Source: Phoronis australis
Taxonomy: Eukaryota; Animalia; Phoronida
Assembly (NCBI GenBank): GCA_002633005.1
Contig: NMRA01000016.1
Coordinates: 223,396 to 287,395 of the forward strand
DNA: 64,000 nt
Direction of reading: 5' to 3'
The first letter of the stretch is position 1. Each line of letters starts with the position of its first letter. Made by a program: the position numbers and the translations under genes. The notes beneath the pieces were generated by a model. That model searched no databases and had not been told where the DNA came from. It saw only the letters and a list, made by a program, of their open reading frames with translations. Shown here piece after piece: positions 62,760 through 64,000 of the stretch.

Positions 62760-63837
62760 TTTGCTTTGTATTACTGGCCTCTGCCGGGAACTCTTCCTCT
62801 GATCTGTATTGAAGTCGCATCTTTATCTGGGTCCTACTTTGCCGGCTAAGTAATTCTGCTGTTATTTTATCACACAATATGGCCGACAAGTGAAATTCTG
62901 TTTTGTCAAAATTTCTCCACAAAAGAATGTTTTGTAGTGTGTAGATGCCATCAGTTAGATATCCTGGTAAAGTTTGCATTATTTTATGGCAACGTAATCA
63001 GCCTTTGAAAAATGGAAAATGACAGTTTTGGCTATTATTTTTGTGAAGAACAAGTGGAGAATTATGGGAACAATTTGATGTCATTACGTGTCATTAGAAT
63101 TGTCAAACAATGCTGGTGTTTTTTGACAACACAATTAAGACTGAAGAAAAGCTTCATGAAATTGTCCCATTGTGTGGGGACTGTCTTTGTATAGAGCAAG
63201 TATTGCTCTTGGAGCTGTGCAACATTCGTTTTTACATTTAGTAGAACTTGTCCACAGTCGGATAATTACCAGGGCCTAGGGTATAATCTTTGTACTCGAT
63301 GTCAAGCTCAGAATTATTTTTGACATTTTCCTCTTGATATTATATTACATAGAATGGAAAATGTCAAAAATATTTTCAAGTTCAATTTCGAGTATGAATG
63401 TTAGATTCCAGTTTGTCGTTTTTTAGTTAAGACTGGATTCAAGATTATTCTCCTGCCTTGTGTGTTGGCTATGCAGGGCATGTGTGCTCAGACACGTAAT
63501 GGCCGGAGGGCCTGAAAGAGACGAACTACTGAATCACATATTGTTCCAGTTGGTTATGTAAAACAATTAAATGCTCACTAGATGTCACAGCTGCTGTCTT
63601 AGCCACCAAAGTTGTGAAAATGGTCTTAGATCACAGGAGAGAAGTGATCCGTATATGTTATACAACGTACATGTTTATACCAGTGATTACTACACTGAGG
63701 CATGTGATCTGCAAAGGTATTTGAACGAGGCCAAAATCAGATTTCAAACGCCTTTGCATATCATGTATCGAGAAACACCACTTGCAAAAACGTAAGATGT
63801 ATAACATTATATTTATCGTGTACGCCACTGATGGTTC

Positions 63838-64000
63838 TAGGCTTGCGATTTTCCCTTTTTAAGAGGATTTTCTATTTTTTGGTTTCGATTTCCTTTTATG
63901 TGATTTCCAGTTTCCTATTTTTGCGTCTATTGTTTACCATTATTTTGACTTTATTCATGCAAAAACGTTTATTTCAGTTGAATTTTACAACACAGAAATA
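63838..64000. mobile_element. Left part of another hAT-like MITE (family of 47946-48174)
   Basis: TAGGGCTTGCGATTTTCC start; TTTTGGTTTCGATTTCCTTTTAT and TTTATTTCAGTT are shared with 47960-48080. Confidence 0.75.

Overview
Intron-rich, AT-rich animal genomic DNA. The repeat types and gene content suggest a lophotrochozoan, probably a mollusc (inference). Five protein-coding genes were reconstructed by eye. (1) A partial minus-strand Ser/Thr-rich mucin-like gene. (2) A complete 22-exon DDX11/ChlR1 Fe-S DNA helicase (+, 5499-30402, ~903 aa). (3) An intronless antisense gene nested in DDX11 intron 6, encoding a type II membrane short-chain collagen/C4-like protein. (4) The V-ATPase c subunit ATP6V0C (-, 3 exons). 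(5) PWP2/UTP1 (+, 19 exons, ~939 aa), which shares a 366-bp divergent promoter with ATP6V0C and contains a U12-type intron. The introns hold many non-autonomous DNA elements: HINE-like elements, hAT-like MITEs with 5- and 6-bp TSDs, a TTAA MITE and a ~560-bp palindrome. The most unusual recurrent signal is a set of tandem duplications straddling exon-intron junctions, which create arrays of decoy splice sites. In the donor arrays each repeat unit is itself GT...AG-bounded.
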